NCBI GenBank assembly: GCA_041753435.1
Contig: JBGSUJ010000049.1
Span: forward strand, 5,580-69,579
Reading direction: 5' to 3'
DNA: 64,000 nucleotides
DNA from: Pirellulales bacterium
GTDB lineage: Bacteria; Planctomycetota; Planctomycetia; Pirellulales; Lacipirellulaceae
Shown here piece by piece: positions 38,790-47,390 of this stretch (the first letter of the stretch is position 1; the number at the start of each line of letters is the position of its first letter). The position numbers and the translations under genes are program-made. The notes beneath the pieces were generated by a model. It had not been told where the DNA came from and did not search any database. It saw nothing but the letters and a program-made list of their open reading frames with translations.

Positions 38790-40312
38790 TACTCGGGTTT
38801 AACGCCGCACGCTTTTTCCCACGCCTCGAACAATTCCTCGGAGGTCATTTCACCACCACTCAGGACGGTATCGCCGACGATTTGGACAGGCAAGCCAAAA
38901 GAAGACTTACCTCGGTGTTGCGCAGTCAGCGCATTAAAGAGATTGATGTACTTCTGCAACCGCACGTCGAGGTTCGGGTCAGTTGTTTGCTCGCGGAGTT
39001 TCGTACGATTGACGAGTTGAAACGCGCGGCTGACCGCCTGCGCAGCCGTCGGCGTCTTATCGGGATCGGCGAGCAGGAAGTTATGGTAATCAATAAACTT
39101 GTTACGATCTATTGCGGCCACGGCCAAGGCTAGTTTCGAGATTTTGCACGAGCCGCGGTGTGAAGGATCGGTGGCCGGCAGTCGCTTGTTACATTCCAAT
39201 TCTAGCGGCATCGGCATGATCACAATTGCCAGTTGCTCGCCATATCGCTCGCGGGCCTCGCGTAAGTGTTCGTGCATCTTGCGGCAATGAGGGCAGGTGT
39301 AGTCCATCAATTCAACAACGACATGTTCAGCTTCTGGCGAGCCAAGCACGGCTTCGTCGTAAATGTTGAACTTCAGCCGTCCGTTGAGCAGCTTCACTTC
39401 GCGTGTCCGCTGAGAATCTTCCTGGACGGCAGGTGGTTCTTCGCTAGCCGGTTCCTCGTTGGCCGGCTGGTCGGGCTTGATGGCGGCCGGCGCTTCGCTG
39501 GCGTCACTGTCGCCTGAACTGGCGGCAGATTCCTCGGCTGAATCCAGCACCTCTTCGGCGGTGTTGAGTACGCGATTGACGACGTGTGGCTGAGCGCTGG
39601 AAGAAAGCACGTTGGGTTCGTCAAGCGACATGTCAGCCGCGGCTGTCATATCGATCGTTTGCTCAAGATCGGGACTGCTGGCGAGAAATGTTTTCGCCGG
39701 AAATAACAGTTGCGCGGTGATCAGTAACGCGACTAGCGCTCCAGCGACAGACCCAGCCGTAATCAGTGAGGGTCCCACCGCCAATCGTGGTCCAGCAGCG
39801 CGCCGCGGCGCGCCGGGGATGGCAGCCATCGAGGCCAAGGTCCGCGAAGCAGCCAAGGAGCCGCTCGGCTTCCGCAGCGCCGACCGCATCACGAGCCCAA
39901 CAATGATGAGTCCACACAAATGGATCGCCAAGCAGTAATAGCAGAATGAGCCGATCGCAAAAACTTGAACCAGCGTGAACCACAGGCCCGTAAAGGCGGC
40001 AAGCAGTGCGGCCGCGACGAGCGTGGTACCAAGCCAACGGTTCTCGTTGAACATCCGCGTACCGGAGAGCAACCCCAAGATGAATATCGACCCGTAGCAG
40101 ACTAGTCCGCCCACCGCGACGGGCAGGCCGACCACTCGAGACCAGCGACTGATCAGCACTTCATCGCAGCCTCCGGCGGTCATGCCATCGCAACCGGCAA
40201 CGACGCCATGGGTCAGCGAGCTCCAGGTTAAATAAGCAGCATCGAGCGTCGCCACGAGTGCCAGAACGACCACAATCCAGCGGGCGGTCCCACGCAGCCA
40301 TGGCTGTGCCAT
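38789..40312 (-). CDS. vitamin K epoxide reductase (VKOR) domain fused to DsbA-like thioredoxin domain
   Basis: VKOR loop cysteines AGCDGMTAGGCDEVLISRWS and the TM CxxC FCYYCLAIHL. Acidic Ser/Ala/Glu linker. C-terminal DYTCPHCRKMHEHL. Start uncertain: ATG 40312, ATG 40354 or TTG 40426. Confidence 0.8.
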   Translation of the reverse strand: MAQPWLRGTARWIVVVLALVATLDAAYLTWSSLTHGVVAGCDGMTAGGCDEVLISRWSRVVGLPVAVGGLVCYGSIFILGLLSGTRMFNENRWLGTTLVAAALLAAFTGLWFTLVQVFAIGSFCYYCLAIHLCGLIIVGLVMRSALRKPSGSLAASRTLASMAAIPGAPRRAAGPRLAVGPSLITAGSVAGALVALLITAQLLFPAKTFLASSPDLEQTIDMTAAADMSLDEPNVLSSSAQPHVVNRVLNTAEEVLDSAEESAASSGDSDASEAPAAIKPDQPANEEPASEEPPAVQEDSQRTREVKLLNGRLKFNIYDEAVLGSPEAEHVVVELMDYTCPHCRKMHEHLREARERYGEQLAIVIMPMPLELECNKRLPATDPSHRGSCKISKLALAVAAIDRNKFIDYHNFLLADPDKTPTAAQAVSRAFQLVNRTKLREQTTDPNLDVRLQKYINLFNALTAQHRGKSSFGLPVQIVGDTVLSGGEMTSEELFEAWEKACGVKPE

Positions 40313-40755
40313 CACGTTTTGTCTAGCGACAGCTGAATTGACCAAAGGAATCATTTGGGGACAACCGGTCGTTAGGTGTGAACCACAGCGATCTTGCCAG
40401 CATTCAGTGAGAAATCGCAGTGGCAATCGAGACCATCCCGCAACGGACCCGTCGCATTACCACAACGATTTTTCGACTATTTCAGTTTACGGCCTGACGA
40501 GGATTCGAGCGAGGGCCTGAGACAGCGTCGCTAGCAGAATTGGCCCGAATAACCCCGCTGATCGAAAAAGTCTGCCTTGTCCTCTGCACCTAGTCTCCTC
40601 TACTATCCGATACTTTGTATCAACCGTTGCGAATGGGCCATGTCGCATTCCCGCGGCAAGCACAGACTGCGACAGCAGCTTAGTCAGCCTCCATACCCTT
40701 CCCCCTCGTTTCGCAGATTCCACGCGAAAAAATTACTGACAAGGAAGTCACCAAC

Positions 40756-41892
40756 ATGAACATGAGTCCAAAAGTGCGGCCGCTCTGGCAGCGTGTGCCG
40801 CTGATGATCGGTACGGCCATGCTCTGGGCCTACAAGGCGTTGCATTTGCCCCGCTTCATTCTGCCACGCGATTTCCGTAGTGTAGTTACGAATTGGGAAC
40901 ACGAAATGTTCTGGGTGCTGATCAAATCAGGCTTCACCCGGGCGTATATCGATCAGCCAAGCTATTTCAAAATGCCGACTTCCTTCGAACCAAAGTGCAA
41001 AGTCGCACCGCAGTTTCAATTGAGCGAACAGGAAATCCACACCTTCTACGAACGCGGCTTTCTCGGCCCGTTCGACGCCTTCAGTCATGAAGAGATGATG
41101 GACTTCAAGAAGGAAGTTCTCGCGCTCGAAAAAACCAAATCGCAGACTTACGGCTTTGTCACGCCCCGCGATCGGCATTTCGAGTCGCCGCGGTTGTGGA
41201 ACTATATGAAGAACCCCGCCATCACCGAGCGCTGTGCCCAAATCCTGGGTCCTGATTTGCTTACCTGGCGGTCGCAGTACTTCTACAAAGGCCCGAAGGC
41301 GCCGGCCATCCAGTGGCACCAGGCCAGCACCTTCATGGTCGAAGATTACCAAGATCCGGGCATCTACCCGCCCGATCGCAGCGAGGTGTTTCAAATAACG
41401 GTGTGGGTAGCAATCGACGACTCAACGCCGGAAAAAGGTTGCATGCGGTTTGCCTGTGGCACTCACGACCGCATCCGTACCATCAAATTCGGCGGTGAAG
41501 AAGGCTTTTACGAAGCGGCCTACACGCTCGACTTCAACGAAGCCGATCAGCCCTGTGTCGAAGTGCCAGTCAAGGCTGGCCAGTTCATTATGTTCATCGA
41601 GCGTTGCATTCACGGCTCCGGCCCAAACACGACCGACCAGCATCGACTGGCCTTCAACATTCGTGTCATTCCAACGCATGTGCCCGCCTATACCAACAAG
41701 CGTTACTACCGCAGCGTGTACAACGGCGGGAAGTACAAGCTCGATAAATGGGGTGTTGCCCTGCTCCGCGGCGAAGATCGTCACCGGGTAAGCCGAGCGA
41801 TTCCGCCGGCGGATCTGGAGTCGGGTGTCTTCACACGCGTGATTCCGCCCGCCGAGCCGCTGCCGAAACCGGCGTTCCGAAAAGCTGCTTAA
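40756..41892 (+). CDS. SyrB2-like non-heme Fe(II)/2-oxoglutarate enzyme (PhyH family) with His-x-Ala metal motif, candidate halogenase
   Basis: FYERGFLGPFDAFSHEEM, ILGPDLLTWRSQYF, QWHQASTF (His188-Gln-Ala190, codons 41317-41325), ITVWVAIDDSTPEKGCMRFACGTHD, CIHGSGPNTTDQHRLAFNIR (His286). SD AAGGAAG lies 8 nt before ATG 40756. Confidence 0.8.
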   Translation: MNMSPKVRPLWQRVPLMIGTAMLWAYKALHLPRFILPRDFRSVVTNWEHEMFWVLIKSGFTRAYIDQPSYFKMPTSFEPKCKVAPQFQLSEQEIHTFYERGFLGPFDAFSHEEMMDFKKEVLALEKTKSQTYGFVTPRDRHFESPRLWNYMKNPAITERCAQILGPDLLTWRSQYFYKGPKAPAIQWHQASTFMVEDYQDPGIYPPDRSEVFQITVWVAIDDSTPEKGCMRFACGTHDRIRTIKFGGEEGFYEAAYTLDFNEADQPCVEVPVKAGQFIMFIERCIHGSGPNTTDQHRLAFNIRVIPTHVPAYTNKRYYRSVYNGGKYKLDKWGVALLRGEDRHRVSRAIPPADLESGVFTRVIPPAEPLPKPAFRKAA

Positions 41893-41981
41893 GGCAAAAT
41901 CAAGCGATCTGCGCCGAGAGTCGAGGGCCGAAGTGAACCGGCTCTCGACTCGTTGTGTTGCTCTCGATTCTCGACTGTTTC

Positions 41982-42833
41982 ATGCGTGATCTTGCTGGAA
42001 AGTGTGCGTTGGTTACGGGTGCCGCCTCAGGCATCGGCCGGGCGATTGCCCTGGAACTGGCGCACGAAAATGTCGATCTGTTTCTCGTCGATATTAACGA
42101 AGTCGGACTTGCAGCGGTTGCCAAGGAGGTGAGCAGAGCTGGTGTCGAAGTAATCACTCGCAGATGCGATGTCTGTCAACCGCACGAAGTGACGGCTTGC
42201 GTACAGGCGATTCTGCATCGTTGGCAAGGGGTCGACATCCTCGTCAATAACGCCGGCATCGCCTATTATGGCCGCACTGAGGATATGTCGATTGAACATT
42301 GGGATCGATTGATGCAGATCAATCTCTCGTCGCATGTGCAGTTCACCCGCGAGCTGTTGCCGTCCCTGCTGGCCCGCCGCGAAGCCCATGTCCTCAACGT
42401 GTGCAGCATGTTCGGACTGGTCGCAATGCCCAAGTTGGTGGCCTACTGCACCAGCAAATACGCGCTCGTCGGATTCAGCGAAGCGCTACGGGCCGAATAC
42501 GGACGGGAAGGGTTGGGTGTGACGGCACTTTGCCCTGGCTTTGTGGCCACCAATTTATTTGCTTCCGCGCCGGTGGCTGCAAACAGTAAAGGACCTAAAA
42601 TCCCTCCCCGCATCTTTTGTACTACGCCTGAGAAGATCGCCCGCCAGGCCCTCCGAGCGATCCGCCTCAATCGCAGGGTCGTCGTGGTCGAGCCACTGGC
42701 AAAGTTGCTCACAACGGTCAAGCGATTCGCACCCAGCGTGATCGATTTCTGCCTGCACCTGGGCCGCCGCAGTCGCATCGTCAAGAAGATGGCACGACTC
42801 GAAAAAAAACAGCGCGAACTGCGGGCCGCTTAG
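41982..42833 (+). CDS. short-chain dehydrogenase/reductase (SDR)
   Basis: Cofactor motif ALVTGAASGIGRAIA, NNAG motif LVNNAGI, catalytic YCTSKYAL. Confidence 0.9.
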   Translation: MRDLAGKCALVTGAASGIGRAIALELAHENVDLFLVDINEVGLAAVAKEVSRAGVEVITRRCDVCQPHEVTACVQAILHRWQGVDILVNNAGIAYYGRTEDMSIEHWDRLMQINLSSHVQFTRELLPSLLARREAHVLNVCSMFGLVAMPKLVAYCTSKYALVGFSEALRAEYGREGLGVTALCPGFVATNLFASAPVAANSKGPKIPPRIFCTTPEKIARQALRAIRLNRRVVVVEPLAKLLTTVKRFAPSVIDFCLHLGRRSRIVKKMARLEKKQRELRAA

Positions 42834-42898
42834 CCAGATGAGCTCCTGGATGGAGTTGAACTCTGCCGGCGATAAGCTCTGCCGCTGACATCCAATTA

Positions 42899-43618
42899 CT
42901 AGCCACGTCGCTTCGCATGGTGTCGCCGCTGCACTGCTTGATTCGGCCTCCGGGACTGGCCACCGCCCGACTGACGGTATCCATGCTGGATTGAGAACCA
43001 CTCGGCGTAGCGTTCCCGCTCCACATAGCTGGAATTCTTCTCGTCGACCAAGTGGCCGAGCTCATGGATTAGAATGTTGTTGAGGTAGAAATCCTCAGCC
43101 GCTGGCTGGCTCCAGGTCAGCGTCCATACACCTGGCCCCGGTTCACCCCACACGCCGCCATACATTTTGGCTTCGTTGATCAGAGCAGGCCGGGGCGGCT
43201 GGTAAAAGTGCTCGACCAGCGAGTCCTCCAGCGGGTAAAGGTATATCGCGTTGCCCCACTGCATCCCATAACAGGGGAAACTTTGCTTCTTCCGCGTCAT
43301 GCAGCTCAACTGTACAACTTCCAACTGGTCCAGGAACTCCGGCCGCACCAACCGAAGCCGGTCGCGGATTTGAGCTTCGGTGACAAGATGCTTGTAGCCC
43401 TCACCTGGCTCCTGAATGATGACCCGGTAGCCCACACGGTCGGTCGGCTCGTGCCAATCTTCTGGTGGTGCGAAGGGGGCGCAGTCATTCGGACGCGTGT
43501 TAATCGTGCGGCGGGCCTGCTTGGGGTGCTTGCGCGAATGCCCACCGTTTACCGCTGTATTGCGGCGACGGGCTTGGCGAGTTGGCGACTTGTCGGAATA
43601 ATCGCGGCGGATGTACAT
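42899..43618 (-). CDS. putative HExxH metallopeptidase-like protein with basic N- and C-terminal tails
   Basis: Start at ATG 43618 (MYIRRDYSDK...). NNILIHELGHLVDE motif near the C-terminus. Arg/Lys/His-rich termini (ARRRNTAVNGGHSRKHPKQARR; RRPNQAVQRRHHAKRRG). Confidence 0.6.
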   Translation of the reverse strand: MYIRRDYSDKSPTRQARRRNTAVNGGHSRKHPKQARRTINTRPNDCAPFAPPEDWHEPTDRVGYRVIIQEPGEGYKHLVTEAQIRDRLRLVRPEFLDQLEVVQLSCMTRKKQSFPCYGMQWGNAIYLYPLEDSLVEHFYQPPRPALINEAKMYGGVWGEPGPGVWTLTWSQPAAEDFYLNNILIHELGHLVDEKNSSYVERERYAEWFSIQHGYRQSGGGQSRRPNQAVQRRHHAKRRG

Positions 43619-43919
43619 GACGAGACTCGCGCAAAAAACGCTCGTAGCACTACGGGCTGGGAAATACACTTGTTGACCGTTCCGTGACAAGTGGCCGACT
43701 CACGCAGTCGGCGGTTCCGGTGGTCTACCACGTCCGAATGGCGTTCTAGGGAGGGCAGGAAGCCCGCTGGGGCCTCCTATCTATCCTAGGCAGCGGTTTT
43801 GCTGGGGTTCAAGAAAATGCCTAACTCGTTAATTAATAAGCACTTAAAGATGTTGCTTTTCCGCGACATCGGCTCCCTGACGGGAATCCCAAGAGCTTGG
43901 TTGTAGCGCGGCCAACGAC

Positions 43920-44177
43920 ATGAATATGGATTCTCAATCAGCCAGCAATGCGTTGCCTCGCGTCGTCCTCTACACGCGTGATGGATGCCATCTTTGCGAA
44001 GTGGTACACAAAATGCTCTTACAACATGGTGTGGAGCCCCAATGCATCGACATCGATGCCGACCTTGAACTCAAAAACTGCTTCCACGATTGCGTGCCAG
44101 TCGTCGAAATCGACGGCAAGATTCGATTTCGCGGGCGAGTGGAACCTCTACTTTTGCAGCGATTTTTGCGCCGATAA
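43920..44177 (+). CDS. glutaredoxin-like protein (DUF836-type)
   Basis: VVLYTRDGCHLCEVV (CxxC) and VPVVEIDGKIRFRGRVEPLLLQRFL. Confidence 0.8.
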   Translation: MNMDSQSASNALPRVVLYTRDGCHLCEVVHKMLLQHGVEPQCIDIDADLELKNCFHDCVPVVEIDGKIRFRGRVEPLLLQRFLRR

Positions 44178-44199
44178 GCGTCACGGCGCTTCTCGCAGG

Positions 44200-44913
44200 T
44201 TAACTCTGCTTCGTGCCTCCACGATAGTCAACCTGTGACCCCGCCACCGCGTCACGCCAGCCTTCTCGCATAATCGACCAGGCGCTGACCCCGACAAATG
44301 CTAGCCAGGCCCCAACCACCGCCATCGAAACCGAGCCCACCGCTACCCCAGCCAGCGAAGACCGATCGCCGATCGCCAGACTCAAGACCACCACGCCCAA
44401 AATTCCACCCGCCATGGCACCCGCGGCCAAGCATTGCGGCAGTCGGCGGAGTGGCCGATGGTGGCCATGGAGTGGCGAACGCGGGCCCATGGCAACGGGA
44501 ATTCTGGCCAGCGCTGGTCGTGGCGGCCCTTCCGCAGTCGCTTGCGTCGCTTCCCAAGCTCTCAGTTCATTGGCATGAGCGCGCAACCGAGTGCCCAGGG
44601 CCGTCCCGATCACATGCAGCGCCACGAGCGAAGAAAACAGCAGCACCGCCAGCGGCGATAAATCCAGCCGGGGCGATAGGACCAGCGCCGCAAACAGCAC
44701 GCTCGCCCCCGTGAGCCACCAAAACAGATGCCTCAAACTGAACCGCAACACCGGCAATTGCGGCGCTGTTGTAGTCACTGCCTCGGTTGATTTCAGGTCG
44801 CCAGGCACACGTTTTCTCCCTAATACGTGCATTATCCGCCGGGCACCATGCTCCGGCAAGCAAAACCCAATCCAGCCTAACCGCAGCGCTTTGAATCCCA
44901 TCGATTTACCCAC
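44200..44913 (-). CDS. hypothetical membrane protein
   Basis: Four hydrophobic helices. LRFSLRHLFWWLTGASVLFA motif, common in planctomycete membrane proteins. Start uncertain. Confidence 0.6.
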   Translation of the reverse strand: MGKSMGFKALRLGWIGFCLPEHGARRIMHVLGRKRVPGDLKSTEAVTTTAPQLPVLRFSLRHLFWWLTGASVLFAALVLSPRLDLSPLAVLLFSSLVALHVIGTALGTRLRAHANELRAWEATQATAEGPPRPALARIPVAMGPRSPLHGHHRPLRRLPQCLAAGAMAGGILGVVVLSLAIGDRSSLAGVAVGSVSMAVVGAWLAFVGVSAWSIMREGWRDAVAGSQVDYRGGTKQS

Positions 44914-44949
44914 AGCAACCAGGGATCCAAGGGTGCTCTCGGCTGTCCC

Positions 44950-46317
44950 TTACGGCAGCGGCGGGCCGCCACGATTGTAGGAAACGGAATCCACGGCTAC
45001 CAACCAGTCGAAATCGACCACACTTTGCCGGGTGAGCGGAAAATAAGACGAGTTCTTCACACTGCTTGAGCGCGTCGGCAGGCTTGCAACTTCCGCTCCA
45101 GGAAGTCCTTTCCCTTGATGAGTGGGAATAAACTTGGCTGGCCCAGGTACAGTAGTCAGCCGTGCCTCAAGGCTGCCAGCTTCCGGCTCGCCGATGTCGT
45201 TGGCCTCGGAAACTCCCACCGCCGAACCGATCACCACATACCGCGCACCGAGCATTTCCCTGAGTTGTGCTCCTGCCGGCCACCACGTAAGTAATTGAGG
45301 CCCCAATTGCCACTCGGCCGTACCGCGTTTCAGATGACTATTGTGGCCGAAAGCGAGTACCTTCCCACCGCCTGGCGTTCGTCGCCGCTCGCGCGACACC
45401 AAGGTTGTCAGATTTTCCGCCATCATCGCGTCGCGCTGGCCGAGGAGTTCAGCCAGTCGGTGCTCCGAAGTTCCCGCCACTCCCGCATGATAATTTAGCA
45501 GTTGCCGTGCCACTACGGCGTAGTGGATTGCTTCTAAATACGCTTCTTGGCTGCTCTTGGCCACCAGTTCGGGGCGCCTTACGCGTAGCTCCGAGATGAA
45601 GTCTTCCGTCGCAATTCGCAGCGCTGTCGCGGCCGGTGACAGGCCGATCGACTTGGCCGGATCCATCATGGCAGCTGGATTCTCCCAATCGGCGTCTTGG
45701 CCAAGCAGCGGGTCGATCCGCTCGCGATGCAATTGTCCGCTCCGACCGTCCATCGCGGCGAGATAATCGAGTGCAAAACACAGGACTACACGCGGACTAT
45801 CGGTGTGGGTCATTTCGGTGGGACTATCAAAGCCGTAGAAGCGCAACTGCTCGCGCCTGTCAGCGCGGACATTGTACACCCGCATCCACTCCACAAGCTC
45901 GCGATTAGCTTCTAGAGCACCGAACCCGTGACTGAATCCGCTCTCTGCCACAGCCTCGTACGATTCCGTACCTAGACCCGCCACGTACTCGTTCACCACA
46001 CGGCACCGCGGAAAACTGCTTTCGATGGCAATCGCACGAAAGCCATGTGCCTCCACCAACCGTGCAAACAGGCGATTGCGGAGCAGAAGAAACTCCTCGC
46101 CGCCGTGCAGCGGCTCACCCAAACCAATTATCTCCACCTCAGTCCATAACGAAGCCATCACCTTATCAACTGCAGCATGAAACGCATTCGTCGAGTCCAT
46201 CGAAAACTGGATCGCCTCGCGCGCCATCCAATCCTCCAGCGTGGCATGTGTAAGGACGGGATCAGCCATAAGTTGAATGGCGGCCAGTTTCGTTTCTCGA
46301 TCGACAGAAGCTGCCAA
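44950..46317 (-). CDS. erythromycin esterase (EreA/ChaN-like) family protein
   Basis: IIGLGEPLHGGEEFLLLRNRLFARLVEAHGFRAIAIESSF is the typical family N-terminal block. Length and the later FGHNSHL motif fit. Confidence 0.8.
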   Translation of the reverse strand: MAASVDRETKLAAIQLMADPVLTHATLEDWMAREAIQFSMDSTNAFHAAVDKVMASLWTEVEIIGLGEPLHGGEEFLLLRNRLFARLVEAHGFRAIAIESSFPRCRVVNEYVAGLGTESYEAVAESGFSHGFGALEANRELVEWMRVYNVRADRREQLRFYGFDSPTEMTHTDSPRVVLCFALDYLAAMDGRSGQLHRERIDPLLGQDADWENPAAMMDPAKSIGLSPAATALRIATEDFISELRVRRPELVAKSSQEAYLEAIHYAVVARQLLNYHAGVAGTSEHRLAELLGQRDAMMAENLTTLVSRERRRTPGGGKVLAFGHNSHLKRGTAEWQLGPQLLTWWPAGAQLREMLGARYVVIGSAVGVSEANDIGEPEAGSLEARLTTVPGPAKFIPTHQGKGLPGAEVASLPTRSSSVKNSSYFPLTRQSVVDFDWLVAVDSVSYNRGGPPLP

Positions 46318-46697
46318 ACTTGAGAATGCGACGAACAGTCACGGGTTCAGAGCGTTTCGTACTTGGGGGGCCTCCTCAGAACGAACATGTCCCCGTTTTG
46401 TTTACTGACGCTGGCTCTGCCGAAACAGGAGTTTCGGATCGAGTCTCGGAGAGACACGGCCACGGACAAGTGCTTGTAGACGGGTCGCTCTGAGAAGCGA
46501 TCCCAAGCAACTCGAATCCACTCGACTATTTGAACGACTATTTGCATTGATTAGTGCATTTTAGCCGTCTTCACGCTTCGCTTCCTCGCACCCTCCGCGA
46601 CTTCTACATTTCCAACCATCCGCCCTGGCCAAAAACAATTCTTGATTCCGGCCGCTCCTCATGATATAAACACCCGTACACATTTGCAAGCGCCCCT

Positions 46698-46817
46698 GCG
46701 TGCGAGGCCACCCCAAAATCCTCCGCTGCATTGCTTACCCGACGGCGTGTGAGGCAGTTTCCTCCGCCAAGTCAAATCTGGGTAGTCGTAGCGTGTGAGG
46801 CCCCCAAATTCCTCCGC
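46698..46817. repeat. three spaced copies of a bulged-hairpin motif GCGTGYGAGG-(6-12 nt)-CCTCCGC
   Basis: Copies at 46698-46726, 46745-46767 and 46791-46817 (start-to-start 47 and 46 bp). Arms are conserved, loops differ in sequence and length. Confidence 0.8.
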
Positions 46818-47100
46818 AGCGAAGTCCGGCCCAGCTCTTTGAAAAGTCGATTTTCAGCTATTAGCCATACGCGATTAGCCAGCGTTCGCGGTGAGCAGTC
46901 ACGCCAGCCGCCACCTTCAGCGCCCAGCCTACGCGCCCACCCGCCGTTTTCTCGACCCCCGCTCCTGCCCCCTGTTTTTTCCGTGACGCCTTCGAAACTT
47001 TATCGACTTACGACAACGGCCTCGTGACGTCTTCGGAAAAACAAGGCATTTTTCCAATCTCGTCCCGTCATCTTCGCAAATCCAAGACTCTTTCGACAAT

Positions 47101-47132
47101 TTCACGGTCCCTGGCGTTCACGGTCCCTGGCG
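47101..47132. repeat. perfect tandem duplication of the 16-mer TTCACGGTCCCTGGCG
   Basis: 47101-47116 is identical to 47117-47132. Lies in the non-coding region ~260 bp upstream of carA. Confidence 0.95.
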
Positions 47133-47390
47133 CGCAGAAAGCACACCGGGTATACTTCAGTAACTGCAGCCAACTCGCTGCCGCACCCGTGAGAAAAAGG
47201 AGTCCTTGCTCGCCGGAACAAGAACTCCCGATTTGGCTGACCGAAATACTCCGCCCAAAAGCTGAGCCATCGTAGCGGAGTCACTTTCGGAGACCCACAG
47301 CCTAACAAACGTCATCGGAGCGGCACGCGCAAGATCTTCAATGCCTGGGCCCAACAACTAAGCAACACCCATCCTCACAGTCTCCTCCAG

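Noticed and set aside
46698-46817. Mini CRISPR array
   Set aside because: There are only three units, the repeat itself contains a variable loop, the spacers are ~20 bp, and no cas genes are in the window. Better described as spaced hairpin repeats.
46731-47027. 98-aa ORF in the spacer upstream of carA
   Set aside because: The product is Pro/Ser/Arg-rich, derived from the C-rich strand. It has no SD and no motifs, so I treat the region as non-coding.
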